DNA of 48,868 bases from Octopus bimaculoides (GCF_001194135.2 NC_068981.1:116892985-116941852); one strand, 5' to 3'. Positions 1 to 11,315 are shown, counted from the stretch's first letter. Notes: generated by a model from the letters alone, not told the origin. Numbers and translations: made by a program.

Positions 1-347
1 AAATGGAAAAACTTTCAAAATACAAAGACCTGGAAATAGAGATAACTCGAATGTGGAATCTAAAAACAGAAACAATTCCTATCATAGTAGGTGCCTTAGG
101 TATAATAAAAAAATATTCAGACAAATACATAACAAAAACACCAGGACTTACAAATATATATAACATACAGAAAATTGCACTACTGGGTACTGCACACATT
201 CTACGCAAAACACTTTCAATACAGTAAACATAAGAGCACCACAGCAAACCACAGCACATACCCAAGGCGCACAGAGCTGCGCTCGGTAGTGAAGTGAAAG
301 CACGTTATAAAAATAAAACTACTGAATAATAATAATAATAATAATAA
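1..347 (+). mobile_element. 3' end of R4/Dong-like RLE non-LTR retrotransposon (subfamily A): ORF C-terminus, 3' UTR, (AAT)n tail
   Basis: ORF 3-227 EKLSKYKDLEIEITRMWNLKTETIPIIVGALG...QKIALLGTAHILRK is the typical post-RLE C-terminus of R4-clade elements. (AAT)n at 325-347. A homologous copy lies on the minus strand at 31910-32230. Confidence 0.85.
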
Positions 348-877
348 ATGCCTTGATGCTGTAGCAGGCAGTGGCTCTCATGGCTTCTGATCTTAACTGA
401 TTGGAAATATTATCATGTACGTTGTTTTGTCTTGGTATAAAAGATGGTCTACAACAAATATTCTGCTCAATACCACAGATTTGCTTGTCAGTTGCTTGAC
501 CTTAACCAGTTGAGCATGTCCCTTGGTGGCTGACGATACGTGCATCTTTGATCACGAGCAGAAGTAGTGGTGGTGGGGGGCATCATAGCCATGCGTTGAG
601 AGGAATTCTTTGAAGTTTGGATAATTCACCTCTGGAAACATGCGTGTTTCGCTCATCATCCTTAAACAACCATTATTCAGGGACTTTTCGAGCGGAACGG
701 GCTACTCGCCCTGATGAAAATTTTAACTGGGCCCCATCTTCAAGGTCATGTGCTGTTTAACTTGAGAAGAGATCACTTTTGCGCACATATGGTTGTAATG
801 CATGTGCCTGGTGTACCCTTATAAGACGGGTAGTCATAATGGCTATACTGGGCTTCGTTTATTTTACCCCAGTGTCA
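348..877 (+). mobile_element. ~540-bp non-coding interspersed element anchored in (TAA)n, last ~30 nt missing
   Basis: Colinear with the reverse complement of 4228-4767 and partly 37812-37965. Starts immediately after (AAT)n. No ORF and no clear Pol III B box. Orientation inferred from the (AAT)n tail of copy 2. Confidence 0.75.
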
Positions 878-1199
878 GACCATTTCCGTCCCCAACCACC
901 ATTCAGGAAATAAAGAAAAATAAATTAAATAATAGCCGTATTTTTCAACCTTCAACCCAAGGGTAACAAACGGGAAGTACGTACATTTAAACTTGTTACA
1001 CAAAAAGTACGAAAAACTAAACATGCAAAACCATTTAACACCAAAAATAAAGGGACCGGTACCCTACGAAAATTATGACCATCAAAATAAAGGGCAGGAT
1101 GGTATTTCTCATGTCCCGCAAATATAATAAAAAAACAAAACAAGTAGACATGTGAGGTATATATTTCAATCCTACACGCTTATTTTAAAGCAGTGCTTT

Positions 1200-2996
1200 A
1201 CACACAAAACGAAAACACAGCATATACATATAAAATCTGGAAGTGAAATAACCTAGATAAAGATTTGGATACAGCAATAAAGTAGCTAACATATGGAGAT
1301 ATATTCTCAAAACGGAAAAAAAAATCAGAAATAGAAATAGAACACTTAAAAGGAAAGATACGTCAGGAAAATGTATATAGTAACCACACAACAATGCCAA
1401 CATAAGCACTGGGACTGTAAACTACGAAGACAGACATAACATGACCAAAAAAACGAAGTAAACATCGAAAGACAACAAACCCAGACCGTAGGAATGATTA
1501 ATGATGAGCAAAATGACTAAACCAAGAACACCACACAAAAATATGAACGGAAGAGAATACAAAACAAATCTAAAACCTGGAAACAGCGAAGGTGAAACAA
1601 ATGATCATGATACATTAAAAATGAGCATAACCAAAGATTTAAGAGCCGCAGATCTCAGTATGAACCACCGATTATACCTCCCCCAAAATAAAATTGATAA
1701 TAAAACAACATCAATAATAAATGGCATGAACTTGGCCGTCACAGAACTAATAGCCACAGAAACAAATGTCAATATGACTAGACTAAATGACATAATAAAT
1801 GCAGCAGCCACAAAAGTAGCTGGATACCCCCTAAAACCCACCCAAACAGGAGCATTACCACCGAAATAAACCCATTGGATAAATAATATCCAGAAAAAAT
1901 AGAAAATAAGAGAAAGGAGCTTTCAATCTTTATGAAACTAGAAGACAATCAAAACTATTAAGCTGAAGAAGAGACAAAAATACTGCATAAATACAAAATT
2001 ACCTGAGGTAAAAGAACAGCTAAAGCATGATATCGTCGCCAAAGCGCAAAAAATTCGTCGGTATGAGAAGCACCAATGTCTCTTTAAACAAAACAAACAG
2101 TTCAATTCCAACCGCAAAAGATTCTACCAAGAACTTGGCAAAAATAGATTACAGATAATTGCAGCATCAACAGCAGAAGTGGAAGAATTTTGGAAAGAAA
2201 TATGGTCGGCGATGGAACAACCTCAGCAAAGATCTATTAAGACAACGAACGCAGAACCTGAACAGCACTGGACCTCTATAACAACTGAAGAGGTCACCCA
2301 GGCACTGCAAAATCTAAGCAACTGGAAGGCACCCGGGCACAACAAGAGCCCCAACTTCTGATTAAAATACCTAACACATAAATAATAACATATAAAAAAC
2401 TGGCTGAGAAATTTTATGATATACTAGCAGAGCCAGACACAATGCCCGAATGGCTCACGGAAGGGAAAACTATCCTCATTTCCAAGTCCACTAAAACTGC
2501 AAACCCCCCAAAATTACAGATCAATAACTTGTCCTCCTACAATTTACAAAGCCTTTACTGCAATAAAATCGCAGAGAATGGGCAAACATCTGAAGAAAAC
2601 AACCTGTTTCCAGAAGAGCAGAAGAGATGCTACAAAGGCTCATACGGTCGTAAAGATCAACAACTGATCATTAAAGCTATAACTGAACACATTTGCAGAA
2701 GGAAGAAGGGTCTAAATATGGCCTGGATCGATTATCGAAAGGCTTTTGATAGTATTCCCCACACATGGATCCTCGAAATACTAGCCATGAACAAGATAGC
2801 ACCAATAATCATAAAATAAATAAAACATTCCATGAATAAATGGTAGACAGCGCTACAGCTCCAGACAAAAGAGAGACTCACAAAAAGACAAAGTCATCTC
2901 CATTAGAAGAGAAATATTCCAGGGGACACACTCTCTTCACTCTTTTTCTTATTGGCCCTGACACCTTTATCTGACTTGCTAAACAGAGCTGGAGAA
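1200..2996 (+). mobile_element. Decayed R4/Dong-like LINE: N-terminal region plus reverse transcriptase, 3'-truncated
   Basis: Frameshifted pieces EEFWKEIW, NWKAPG, PEWLTEGKTILI, FPEEQK, AWIDYRKAFDSIPH and (2910-2960) IFQGDTLS match conserved non-LTR RT blocks. Multiple stops. Ends before the YMDD block. Confidence 0.88.
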
Positions 2997-3639
2997 TAAA
3001 TCACTCCATGATTGAAACGGTAGTAGACTGCGGAGATGAGGTAGGCTGCAGTGAAAACCAGCTCTCGATAAACTGATCTGAGAAATCGTAGCCATAGGAA
3101 AAGTCTACCAAAATAAAACAGTTAAAATGATTCTAAGAAGTGTAGATTATGTATAAAGTAAAATGAGACTGCTTAATCTTTGCCGAAGCCTAGTATATTC
3201 AGAGACGCGATCGAATTTGCAGCTATATGTATGCCGACACTTCGGCGTGAAGACTAGTGGTAAACGGTAACAACATATCAAATATGGAGCAACACAGGAA
3301 CATAGCCATGTAAATGCTTTACCGACTCTGCACAACGTGTCCTGTTTTTATGTTGAGCAACAATTTTATCCATGTTAATCGCTGCTTCTGTTGTTTGTGT
3401 TGTTAATACTTTTCCCCACATCAGTTCTGATAAAACTGTCCTCTTATAAAAGTTGTTACATCCATACATTTTTTCGAGGCTTTTTTAGTCCAATATAACT
3501 CCATTTTAAGATAGCAAGGTGTATTTTGAAGTCGTCTAGAACGTCTTTAAATAAGTAGTTAGGTTGTGTATACCATATGTCTGTATTATGGATGATAATG
3601 AATTCAATATGTTATTGACGCTGAATGAATGTGGAGGAG

Positions 3640-3790
3640 GTGAAGTGGTTTGTGCCCATCTTCAGTATTTGACAGGTCCTTACTTTATCCACCCTGAAAG
3701 ATCAAATGCAAAATTCAACCCAGGGTTTGAACACAGGACGTTAAAAGATATAAACAAAAAGCGCAGGTATTTAGTCGCGCGCTCTGCCAC
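3640..3790 (-). mobile_element. Highly diverged SINE family 2 fragment
   Basis: tactttatccaccctgaaagatcaaatgcaaaattcaacccagggtttgaacacaggacgttaaa aligns loosely to the family 2 copy at 34140-34215. Confidence 0.5.
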
Positions 3791-4136
3791 TCAAATCGAC
3801 CTACAATTTAATTGTACATGACAAGGCATCGGGTAAAAGCCCTGCGAGGGACTTTCAATACCGACCAAAAATTCTTTTGGTTAATATTTAGACCAACTGA
3901 TATTTACTGCATTCGTTTCAGTCTTGACGTTTTTCGAATAGAATACATTCCAAAACAACTCGGTTCAATTTACAGCTTTCGTTGCAAAATGCTTCACAAA
4001 AGTGACTGACAAGATATTGTAAACAAACCTTGAAAATTTCTTTCTTCCTTTGGTTTCTTTCTTATTGGCTTTTATACGAATGATGGATCCTCCAACGGTT
4101 TCGACGATGAGAATTCAGTTCCTCGCTCAAGTAAAA

Positions 4137-4200
<64 letters not shown>

Positions 4201-4227
4201 GTCATCATCATTGTTATTATTGTTATT
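4137..4227. repeat. (TTA)n microsatellite with degenerate TCA/TTG units
   Basis: Directly visible; forms the tail of the minus-strand element at 4228-4767. Confidence 0.97.
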
Positions 4228-4767
4228 GAGTGAGAGAGCAGTGCATACCATCAGAGTGACACTGGGGTAAAATATACCTTGCCCAGTATACCCATCATGA
4301 CTACTCGTCTGTTAAGAATACACGAGGCACATGCATCACAGCCATATGTGCCCAATATGATGATCTCATATCAAGATAAACAGCGCATAACCTTGCAGTG
4401 TGGAGAATTTTCTTCGGGTCGAGTAGCCCATTCCGCTCAAAAAGTCCCTGAATAAGAGTTATTTAAGCATATTGAACCCATGTTTCCAGAAATTTATTAT
4501 ATAAATCCCAAAGAATTCCTCTCAACATATTTCTATGATACTTCCCCACTACTTCTGCTCGTGATCGGAGATTCACATAACGTCAGCCACTAAAGGACAT
4601 ACTCAACTGGTTAGGGTCAAACAACTGACAAATAAAACTGTGGTATTGAGCAGAATATTTGCTGTAGCCCGTCTTTTATACGAAGACAAAGCATATACAT
4701 GATAACACTTTCAATCAGTTAATATCAAGAGCCATGGGAGCCAGTGCCTGGTACTGCATCAGAGCAT
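4228..4767 (-). mobile_element. Full-length copy of the ~540-bp (TAA)n-anchored non-coding element
   Basis: Minus strand reads (AAT)3-AAATGCTCTGATGCAGTACCAGG...CTCTCTCACTC-(AAT)n. Same 5' junction as the copy at 348. Confidence 0.8.
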
Positions 4768-4778
4768 TTATTATTATT

Positions 4779-5465
4779 TTGGTTTGACTCATTTTCGGGC
4801 TTATTCCTGTAAGAATTATGTGAATAACGGCTTACAACCGGTAACCTTAGGAATCCATAAGGTTTCAGTAGAACCCTTAGAACCCTCCTGATAATCCTTG
4901 CTGTCCCTAAGAGATAAACTTTCTGTAGGAGCTCTACCAGGCATTATATTTCAATCTCCTTCAGTGATTTGTCTACATCTTTGCTTACTGTTCCCAACGC
5001 ACCATTTATTATAGGCACGTGTTCGCATGCTCCAAAATCTTCCTATTTCAAATTTTAAGGGGTTGTATTTTGCTTTGATTTTAGTCGTCTTTCTTTACGA
5101 TCCTGGAATGAAATGGTCATGGTGGTTCGATGAATAAGCATCTTCACCACCTTTTCTTATCTACAATCGTTATGTCTGGTCTATTATTTTCTAATTGCTT
5201 GTCCATTTGAAGAGGGAAGTCCCACAAAATCTTCCATTTCTTCGACACCAGTATTCTTTCGATTCGGTGATTGTACCATGTGTTTCTAGCTTCAAATCCT
5301 CATTTCGGCACAGTTTCCAGTGTATAACTTTTACAACCTAATCGTGCCTTCGTTTCATGCATTCTTCCTGAGCCAACCTAGGGTATTCTACCGCAATGTG
5401 TGCCATTGTCTCATTCCATGTCCCACATACTCTTTCCCACATTTTTCTGACACGTTCTTCCTATA

Positions 5466-5467
<2 letters not shown>
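4779..5467 (-). mobile_element. 5'-truncated R4/Dong-like LINE 3' end (subfamily B): CCHC knuckle and RLE remnants, 3' UTR
   Basis: Minus-strand translation gives HI.VECP.LAQE..KRRHD...IHWKLC, ILWDF and RPDITI-like remnants with frameshifts. (TAA)n on both sides. Confidence 0.75.
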
Positions 5468-5530
<63 letters not shown>

Positions 5531-5531
5531 T
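5468..5531. repeat. (ATT)n microsatellite
   Basis: About 21 units, directly visible. Confidence 0.97.
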
Positions 5532-6091
5532 GACTTTTGCTTTGTATTTATGCAAGTTGACTCCAAGTCTCACCCAGAGACCTCAAGAGACAACAAGCTA
5601 GAAATTCAAGTTGGTGTTATGACTAGGATGCCATATAATTGGTTTTGCACTAAATATTGTTCTAGAGAATGTCTAAGAAAATATAAAAAATTTATAAGTT
5701 TGTTTTAAAATTTGCAATTACATGGACAGTTCGCATGAGCACTATTTTTTAAATATCTTCCATTTTTGGATTTCCTGGTAGCTGAGATAGGTAGCAATCA
5801 GCACCGTTTCCTATCGTTCCTAGGGCACCAATGACAACAAGTATTGTTTTCGTCTACATGTTCCACATTTTGCCAATTTCTATTTCAAGACCTTTATACT
5901 TGCTTAGTTTTTCGTAGGTCTTGACAGATATATCTATGTCGATTGGGACAGTCATATCGATAAGGAGGCATGATTTTTGTATGAAGTCCTTCAATATAAT
6001 GCTTGGCCTGTTCGCATCTATTTTTCTGTCATTTTGAATGGTGAAGATCAAAAGGAATGAGATGTGGTCATTTTCAAGCACTGGAGGCAGG
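5532..6091 (-). mobile_element. 5'-truncated R4/Dong-like LINE 3' end (subfamily C)
   Basis: ORF 5854-6081 DRKIDANRPSIILKD...CLLIDMTVP.D....KTYEKLSKYKGLEIEI is an RLE domain (RPD degenerate). 3' UTR differs from subfamilies A and B. (TAA)n on both sides. Confidence 0.85.
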
Positions 6092-6112
6092 TTATTATTA
6101 TCACAAGGCAGG

Positions 6113-6165
<53 letters not shown>

Positions 6166-6175
6166 ATTATTATTA

Positions 6176-6250
<75 letters not shown>
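6092..6250. repeat. Compound (TTG)n/(TTA)n microsatellite
   Basis: Directly visible; source of the poly-L/C/V/Y/I ORFs in the track. Confidence 0.97.
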
Positions 6251-6251
<1 letters not shown>

Positions 6252-6646
6252 CTCTTTATTACAGGTTTTGTTGGAGCTCCTGGTGTCGCATACATAGTGG
6301 GCTAACTACTTGCAGCCTACGGTACCATGCTATTCGTTCCTTTCAGCGCGCGCGTTTTAGTGTGTCTATGTTTATGAGCTTGTGTGATTGTATACGTGTG
6401 TTTGTTATTAAGAATGTGTGTCTTCATATGTGTCTTTCTGTGCATGCGTATGTGTGGATTGCGTGTGTATATATGGTCATGTGTCTCCGTCTCTTTTGTA
6501 TGTGTGTGTGTGTGTTTGTCAGTCCGTATTACCTATGTACCTATCGCCCTACCTATCTATGTACCTGTCAGTTTACCTACCCATTTATTTACATACTTAA
6601 CTGCCTAATAGCAAGTGTACTTATGTATGTATATTCTGCAGGTATT

Positions 6647-7022
6647 GCAGGCGCAATGGCCTAGTGATTAGGGCAGCGGACTCGCGGTAATAGGATCACA
6701 ATTTCGATTCCCAGGCCGGGCGTTGTGAATGTTTATTGAGCGAAAACACTTAGAGCTCCAAGAGTCTCCGGCAGGGGGTGGTGGCGAACCCTGCTTTACT
6801 CTTTCACCACAACTTTCTCTCTTTCTTCCTGTTGATGTTGTACCTGTATTTCAAAGGGCCAACCGTGTCACACTTTGTGTTAAGCTGAATCTCCCCCGAG
6901 AACAACGTTAAGGGTACACGCGTCTGTGGAGTGTTCAGTCACTTGCACGTTATTTCATGAGCAGGCTGTTCCGTTGATCGGATCACCTGGTACCCTCGTC
7001 GTCGTAACCGACAGAGTACCAC
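6647..7022 (+). mobile_element. tRNA-headed SINE family 3
   Basis: A-box-like TGGCCTAGTGA and B-box-like TTTCGATTCC in the head. Colinear over ~375 bp with 28024-28410. Confidence 0.85.
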
Positions 7023-7029
7023 GAAAAGT

Positions 7030-7530
7030 ATTGGGTATCGCTACTTTCCACGTGTATTTCATATTTAGTATGAGGGACGCTTCATTTATGAGAAGGTATC
7101 CTTTTATTTGTCTGAGTGGTTGGTCCTTCAGGTACTTGAATAAAATGCGAATGTTAAGACGGCAGATTGTTCATCCATGTTGCTATGCTGATAGAGTCTA
7201 GAGGATTGTTTCTTGTCATCATATTGCCTCAAGTGACTGTATATTCCCTCTGCTATACTTCTAGAGGTCTTTTCAGTGTATGCCGTGTTTTTTGTTCTTA
7301 CAAGCATCCTCTATGCTCCTTTTGCTATAGACTACATTTCTAATTTTACAGTTAATGTGATGGTTAATCTTACATACTATACAGTTCTCATGAGTGCATG
7401 TGGTATCCTCAAGGGCGTTTGTCCTACATCACTGCGATCTGATGGATCTCCCTGGCTTCAAAACAATCTTAATGTTGAGTTCGGTCCTTTTCCTGAATCT
7501 ACGGGTTAATTTCCCATGAGGTGTGGCCAC
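7030..7530 (-). mobile_element. Penelope-like element GIY-YIG endonuclease remnant (family C)
   Basis: Minus-strand pieces CTHENCIVCK, HINCKIRNVVYS, YTEKTSRSIAEGIYSHLRQY..KKQSSRLYQH and PLRQIKGYLLINE...LN match the Cys-rich linker plus GIY-YIG motifs. Frameshifted. Confidence 0.7.
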
Positions 7531-8043
7531 TACAAACATCACTGCTTGATATTTGTTTGCCTTTAAATATATACACACATGTTTAGGCATATATATGTGT
7601 GCATGTGTATGTATATATAGTATATGCAGAGAGAAAGAGAGAGAGGTGGAAAGTGAGAGAGAGAGGAGGGGGAGAAAGGAGTTTGGAAGATCTGAAGAGA
7701 GAATGGGTAGAAAATCTCGGTTACCCTTTCATCGCATCAAAACTAAACTATTGGAACATTGATATAAATAAACAAAATGCACACGACAGGAAAAATCCGA
7801 TAAACCTAGAGCCTAGAGTCGTTGCAGGTGTTGCTTACTAAGACCAAAGAAACAGAAGAGATACTGAAAGACATCTTGTACAATGATATAAAACTTTCGT
7901 CAGTTCAAATACCTGAACTGATATTTAGTTAACAACACCAAATTATGGTGGAAAAACTTCTCATCGGATCCGGAATAGATATTGCACCCGTACACACATT
8001 TACACACATATATACATACACACAGTCACACACAGGTACATAT

Positions 8044-8078
<35 letters not shown>

Positions 8079-8224
8079 TACGCACAACGACATATGAGTG
8101 TGTGTGTATATGTGTATCTGAGATGTGTTTGTATATACATATAAACACACGCGCACACTCACACGCACACACAAATATGTATGTATTTATGTGATTATAT
8201 TTATGTTTTATACGTGTATATATA

Positions 8225-9065
8225 NNNNNNNNNNNNNNNNNNNNNNNNNNNNNNNNNNNNNNNNNNNNNNNNNNNNNNNNNNNNNNNNNNNNNNNNNNNN
8301 NNNNNNNNNNNNNNNNNNNNNNNNNNNNNNNNNNNNNNNNNNNNNNNNNNNNNNNNNNNNNNNNNNNNNNNNNNNNNNNNNNNNNNNNNNNNNNNNNNNN
8401 NNNNNNNNNNNNNNNNNNNNNNNNNNNNNNNNNNNNNNNNNNNNNNNNNNNNNNNNNNNNNNNNNNNNNNNNNNNNNNNNNNNNNNNNNNNNNNNNNNNN
8501 NNNNNNNNNNNNNNNNNNNNNNNNNNNNNNNNNNNNNNNNNNNNNNNNNNNNNNNNNNNNNNNNNNNNNNNNNNNNNNNNNNNNNNNNNNNNNNNNNNNN
8601 NNNNNNNNNNNNNNNNNNNNNNNNNNNNNNNNNNNNNNNNNNNNNNNNNNNNNNNNNNNNNNNNNNNNNNNNNNNNNNNNNNNNNNNNNNNNNNNNNNNN
8701 NNNNNNNNNNNNNNNNNNNNNNNNNNNNNNNNNNNNNNNNNNNNNNNNNNNNNNNNNNNNNNNNNNNNNNNNNNNNNNNNNNNNNNNNNNNNNNNNNNNN
8801 NNNNNNNNNNNNNNNNNNNNNNNNNNNNNNNNNNNNNNNNNNNNNNNNNNNNNNNNNNNNNNNNNNNNNNNNNNNNNNNNNNNNNNNNNNNNNNNNNNNN
8901 NNNNNNNNNNNNNNNNNNNNNNNNNNNNNNNNNNNNNNNNNNNNNNNNNNNNNNNNNNNNNNNNNNNNNNNNNNNNNNNNNNNNNNNNNNNNNNNNNNNN
9001 NNNNNNNNNNNNNNNNNNNNNNNNNNNNNNNNNNNNNNNNNNNNNNNNNNNNNNNNNNNNNNNNN
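8225..9065. other. Assembly gap (N). Other gaps: 9707-10281, 22146-22467, 22966-23254, 27133-27384, 35671-35973, 46359-46732, 47226-47502
   Basis: N runs, mostly flanked by (TA)n, (TG)n or CT-rich repeats. Confidence 0.99.
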
Positions 9066-9069
9066 TATA

Positions 9070-9106
<37 letters not shown>

Positions 9107-9299
9107 TATGTATAAATGTATTGTATATAGACGTGTGTGTGTAAACAAATACACACACACACGCACGCACGCATATATATATATGTGCAACGTTGAAGCA
9201 TTGCAATATCTAATAGCCTGGTTTAGATCTCTATATACATATGCTTTAGAACGAAGAGATAGTCGAGTACAGAGCAGCAATAAATAATTAAGATGACAA

Positions 9300-9700
9300 C
9301 GAAATAATCGGTTGTCTTATAAACTTCATCACCTGACAGCTGCTTCTGCTATAAGAGTTTGTGGACTCATAGTTGAGTCCCTGAGTTACCACTTATAGCT
9401 TCATTAGACCCTTGATACAAATATGGATTTATATATAACTATGTGTACAATATATATATATATAACTCTTCGAAACGCTCAGTTTTAGAATGGTGGCAGC
9501 TGATGAAGGAAATGTTCTCTATGTGGTCTGTGTGTTTTCTGTGCTCTGTTTATGTTCTGTTTCTCATTTTGTCCACGTTTTTTTTGTAACGTCCTGTACC
9601 CAGATATGCATCTATATATACATGTAGATGTAGGTATGTACTTACATGTACGTATATATGCATATACTCACATATTATTTGTGTATATATATATATATAT
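9300..9700. mobile_element. Probable PLE terminal/3' UTR remnant with structured, hammerhead-like segments
   Basis: CAGCTGATGAAGG...TTCT.TATGT...TTTTGT.ACGTCCTGTAC.CA.ATATGCAT motif is shared with the reverse complement of 36000-36135. Perfect hairpins at 9348-9399. PLE assignment is inference. Confidence 0.5.
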
Positions 9701-10281
9701 ATATATNNNNNNNNNNNNNNNNNNNNNNNNNNNNNNNNNNNNNNNNNNNNNNNNNNNNNNNNNNNNNNNNNNNNNNNNNNNNNNNNNNNNNNNNNNNNNN
9801 NNNNNNNNNNNNNNNNNNNNNNNNNNNNNNNNNNNNNNNNNNNNNNNNNNNNNNNNNNNNNNNNNNNNNNNNNNNNNNNNNNNNNNNNNNNNNNNNNNNN
9901 NNNNNNNNNNNNNNNNNNNNNNNNNNNNNNNNNNNNNNNNNNNNNNNNNNNNNNNNNNNNNNNNNNNNNNNNNNNNNNNNNNNNNNNNNNNNNNNNNNNN
10001 NNNNNNNNNNNNNNNNNNNNNNNNNNNNNNNNNNNNNNNNNNNNNNNNNNNNNNNNNNNNNNNNNNNNNNNNNNNNNNNNNNNNNNNNNNNNNNNNNNNN
10101 NNNNNNNNNNNNNNNNNNNNNNNNNNNNNNNNNNNNNNNNNNNNNNNNNNNNNNNNNNNNNNNNNNNNNNNNNNNNNNNNNNNNNNNNNNNNNNNNNNNN
10201 NNNNNNNNNNNNNNNNNNNNNNNNNNNNNNNNNNNNNNNNNNNNNNNNNNNNNNNNNNNNNNNNNNNNNNNNNNNNNNNNN

Positions 10282-10400
10282 ATTCTCTTTCTATCAATGT
10301 AAAGACAGAATCTCCACACAAGAAAGAATCAACAAGGAGAATCTTTTCATAGAGAAATTCCTACCATTTCTTAACACACATACCCCTCAGTGACCTTATT
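10282..10400 (+). mobile_element. C-terminal remnant of a GIY-YIG PLE (family B)
   Basis: FYQCKDRISTQERINKENLFIEKFLPFLN fits the R..KE..FI..F.P.LN terminal motif of PLE endonucleases. Upstream sequence lost in the gap. Confidence 0.55.
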
Positions 10401-10429
10401 TCTCTAGGAACAGACATAAACTTCCTGTT

Positions 10430-11197
10430 GAAAAAGAGTTCATAACTCCAACATTTAACGATTCGAGCCTACGCTCTTCCAGAGAAAGGAACACAGAAAG
10501 AAACAGGGAAAGAAAATAAAGAATGTGTAGTAGCTACCGATCTATCATGGCGAATGCCGGACAGAAGGGTCACACAGGAGAGTTAGGCGGAAGAGGAGAT
10601 AATAAAGTAATGGTGATCCCAAAACGAAGGTGCGCGTGCGTATGTATAAGAGAGCATGTATGTGCGGGTGGACGAGTGCTGCTGACCTTGACGTGTGCGT
10701 GTGCATGGGTAGTTATGTGGATGATGATGTGTGGCTGGAAAGTGGTCAGTGCTAGTGTGTGCGTGGTAGTGTGATGTGATGTGGTGTTGTGTGGTATGGT
10801 GGTTTGTGCTGTGGTAGTGTGTGGTGTAGTGGTGTTGGGATGTGGGGGAGGCGAGAGTGGGGAAAGCAAAGCTGAGGTGTAGGTTAGGCTGAGGTTGGGG
10901 TGGGATTGGATGGATAAGGAAGGTGGGGTTGGACTGTGTAAGGGTGGGGTTACAAGGAAGGGGTGACGATGAAGGGAGAGGGGGAAAGGAGAAGGTGGAT
11001 AGGAGTGAAGAGAGAAGGAGGGTAGGAGGGTAGGAGGGTAGGAGGGAAGAGAAGAAGTAGGAGTCGGAGCAAGAGAGAAGAGATGGATGGGAGGAAGTAG
11101 GTGTGAGAAGACGAGGGAAGGAGGGAGGAGAGTTAGATGAAGAAGGGAGGAGAGTTAAGCCCATGTGGCGTAAAGAAACGAAGAGAGAAGATTAATC
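10430..11197 (-). mobile_element. 5'-truncated PLE family A: last GIY-YIG codons, low-complexity 3' UTR and hammerhead-like motif
   Basis: Reverse complement aligns with 22741-22810 (RLI.SLR.F.PHGLNSPP.FI*) and with 23290-23700. Confidence 0.82.
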
Positions 11198-11200
11198 AGT

Positions 11201-11279
11201 ATGTATGTATGTATGTATGTATGTATGTATGTATGTATGTGTGTTTGTGTGTATGTATGCTCGTATGTGTGTTGTTTGT

Positions 11280-11315
<36 letters not shown>
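11201..11315. repeat. (GTAT)n/(GT)n microsatellite. Similar arrays at 11530-11645, 35065-35130, 37190-37312, 39135-39182, 45985-46165, 48500-48830
   Basis: Directly visible. Confidence 0.95.

Noticed and set aside
348-420. HDV-like or other ribozyme at the 5' end of the 540-bp element
   Set aside because: I could not build the nested double pseudoknot by eye. Left as a test, not a claim.
6038-6664. Poly-L/C/Y/V/I ORFs (also 31623-31985, 33055-33246 and the YVCM/HTYI-repeat ORFs)
   Set aside because: Translations of tri- and tetranucleotide microsatellites.
7828-7932. Short protein-like frame VLLTKTKETEEILKDILYNDIK... after GTTGCAG
   Set aside because: Only 34 codons, weak pyrimidine tract and no recognisable homology.
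9470-9520. CGAAAC...CTGATGA as a permuted hammerhead. Also CTGATGA at 46926 and CTGACGA near 28604
   Set aside because: I could not close stems I-III or find a correctly placed NUH triplet.
7982-10352. Long ORFs of 200-390 aa in the track (also across the other seven gaps)
   Set aside because: They are open only because N runs and (TA)n/(CA)n contain no stops.
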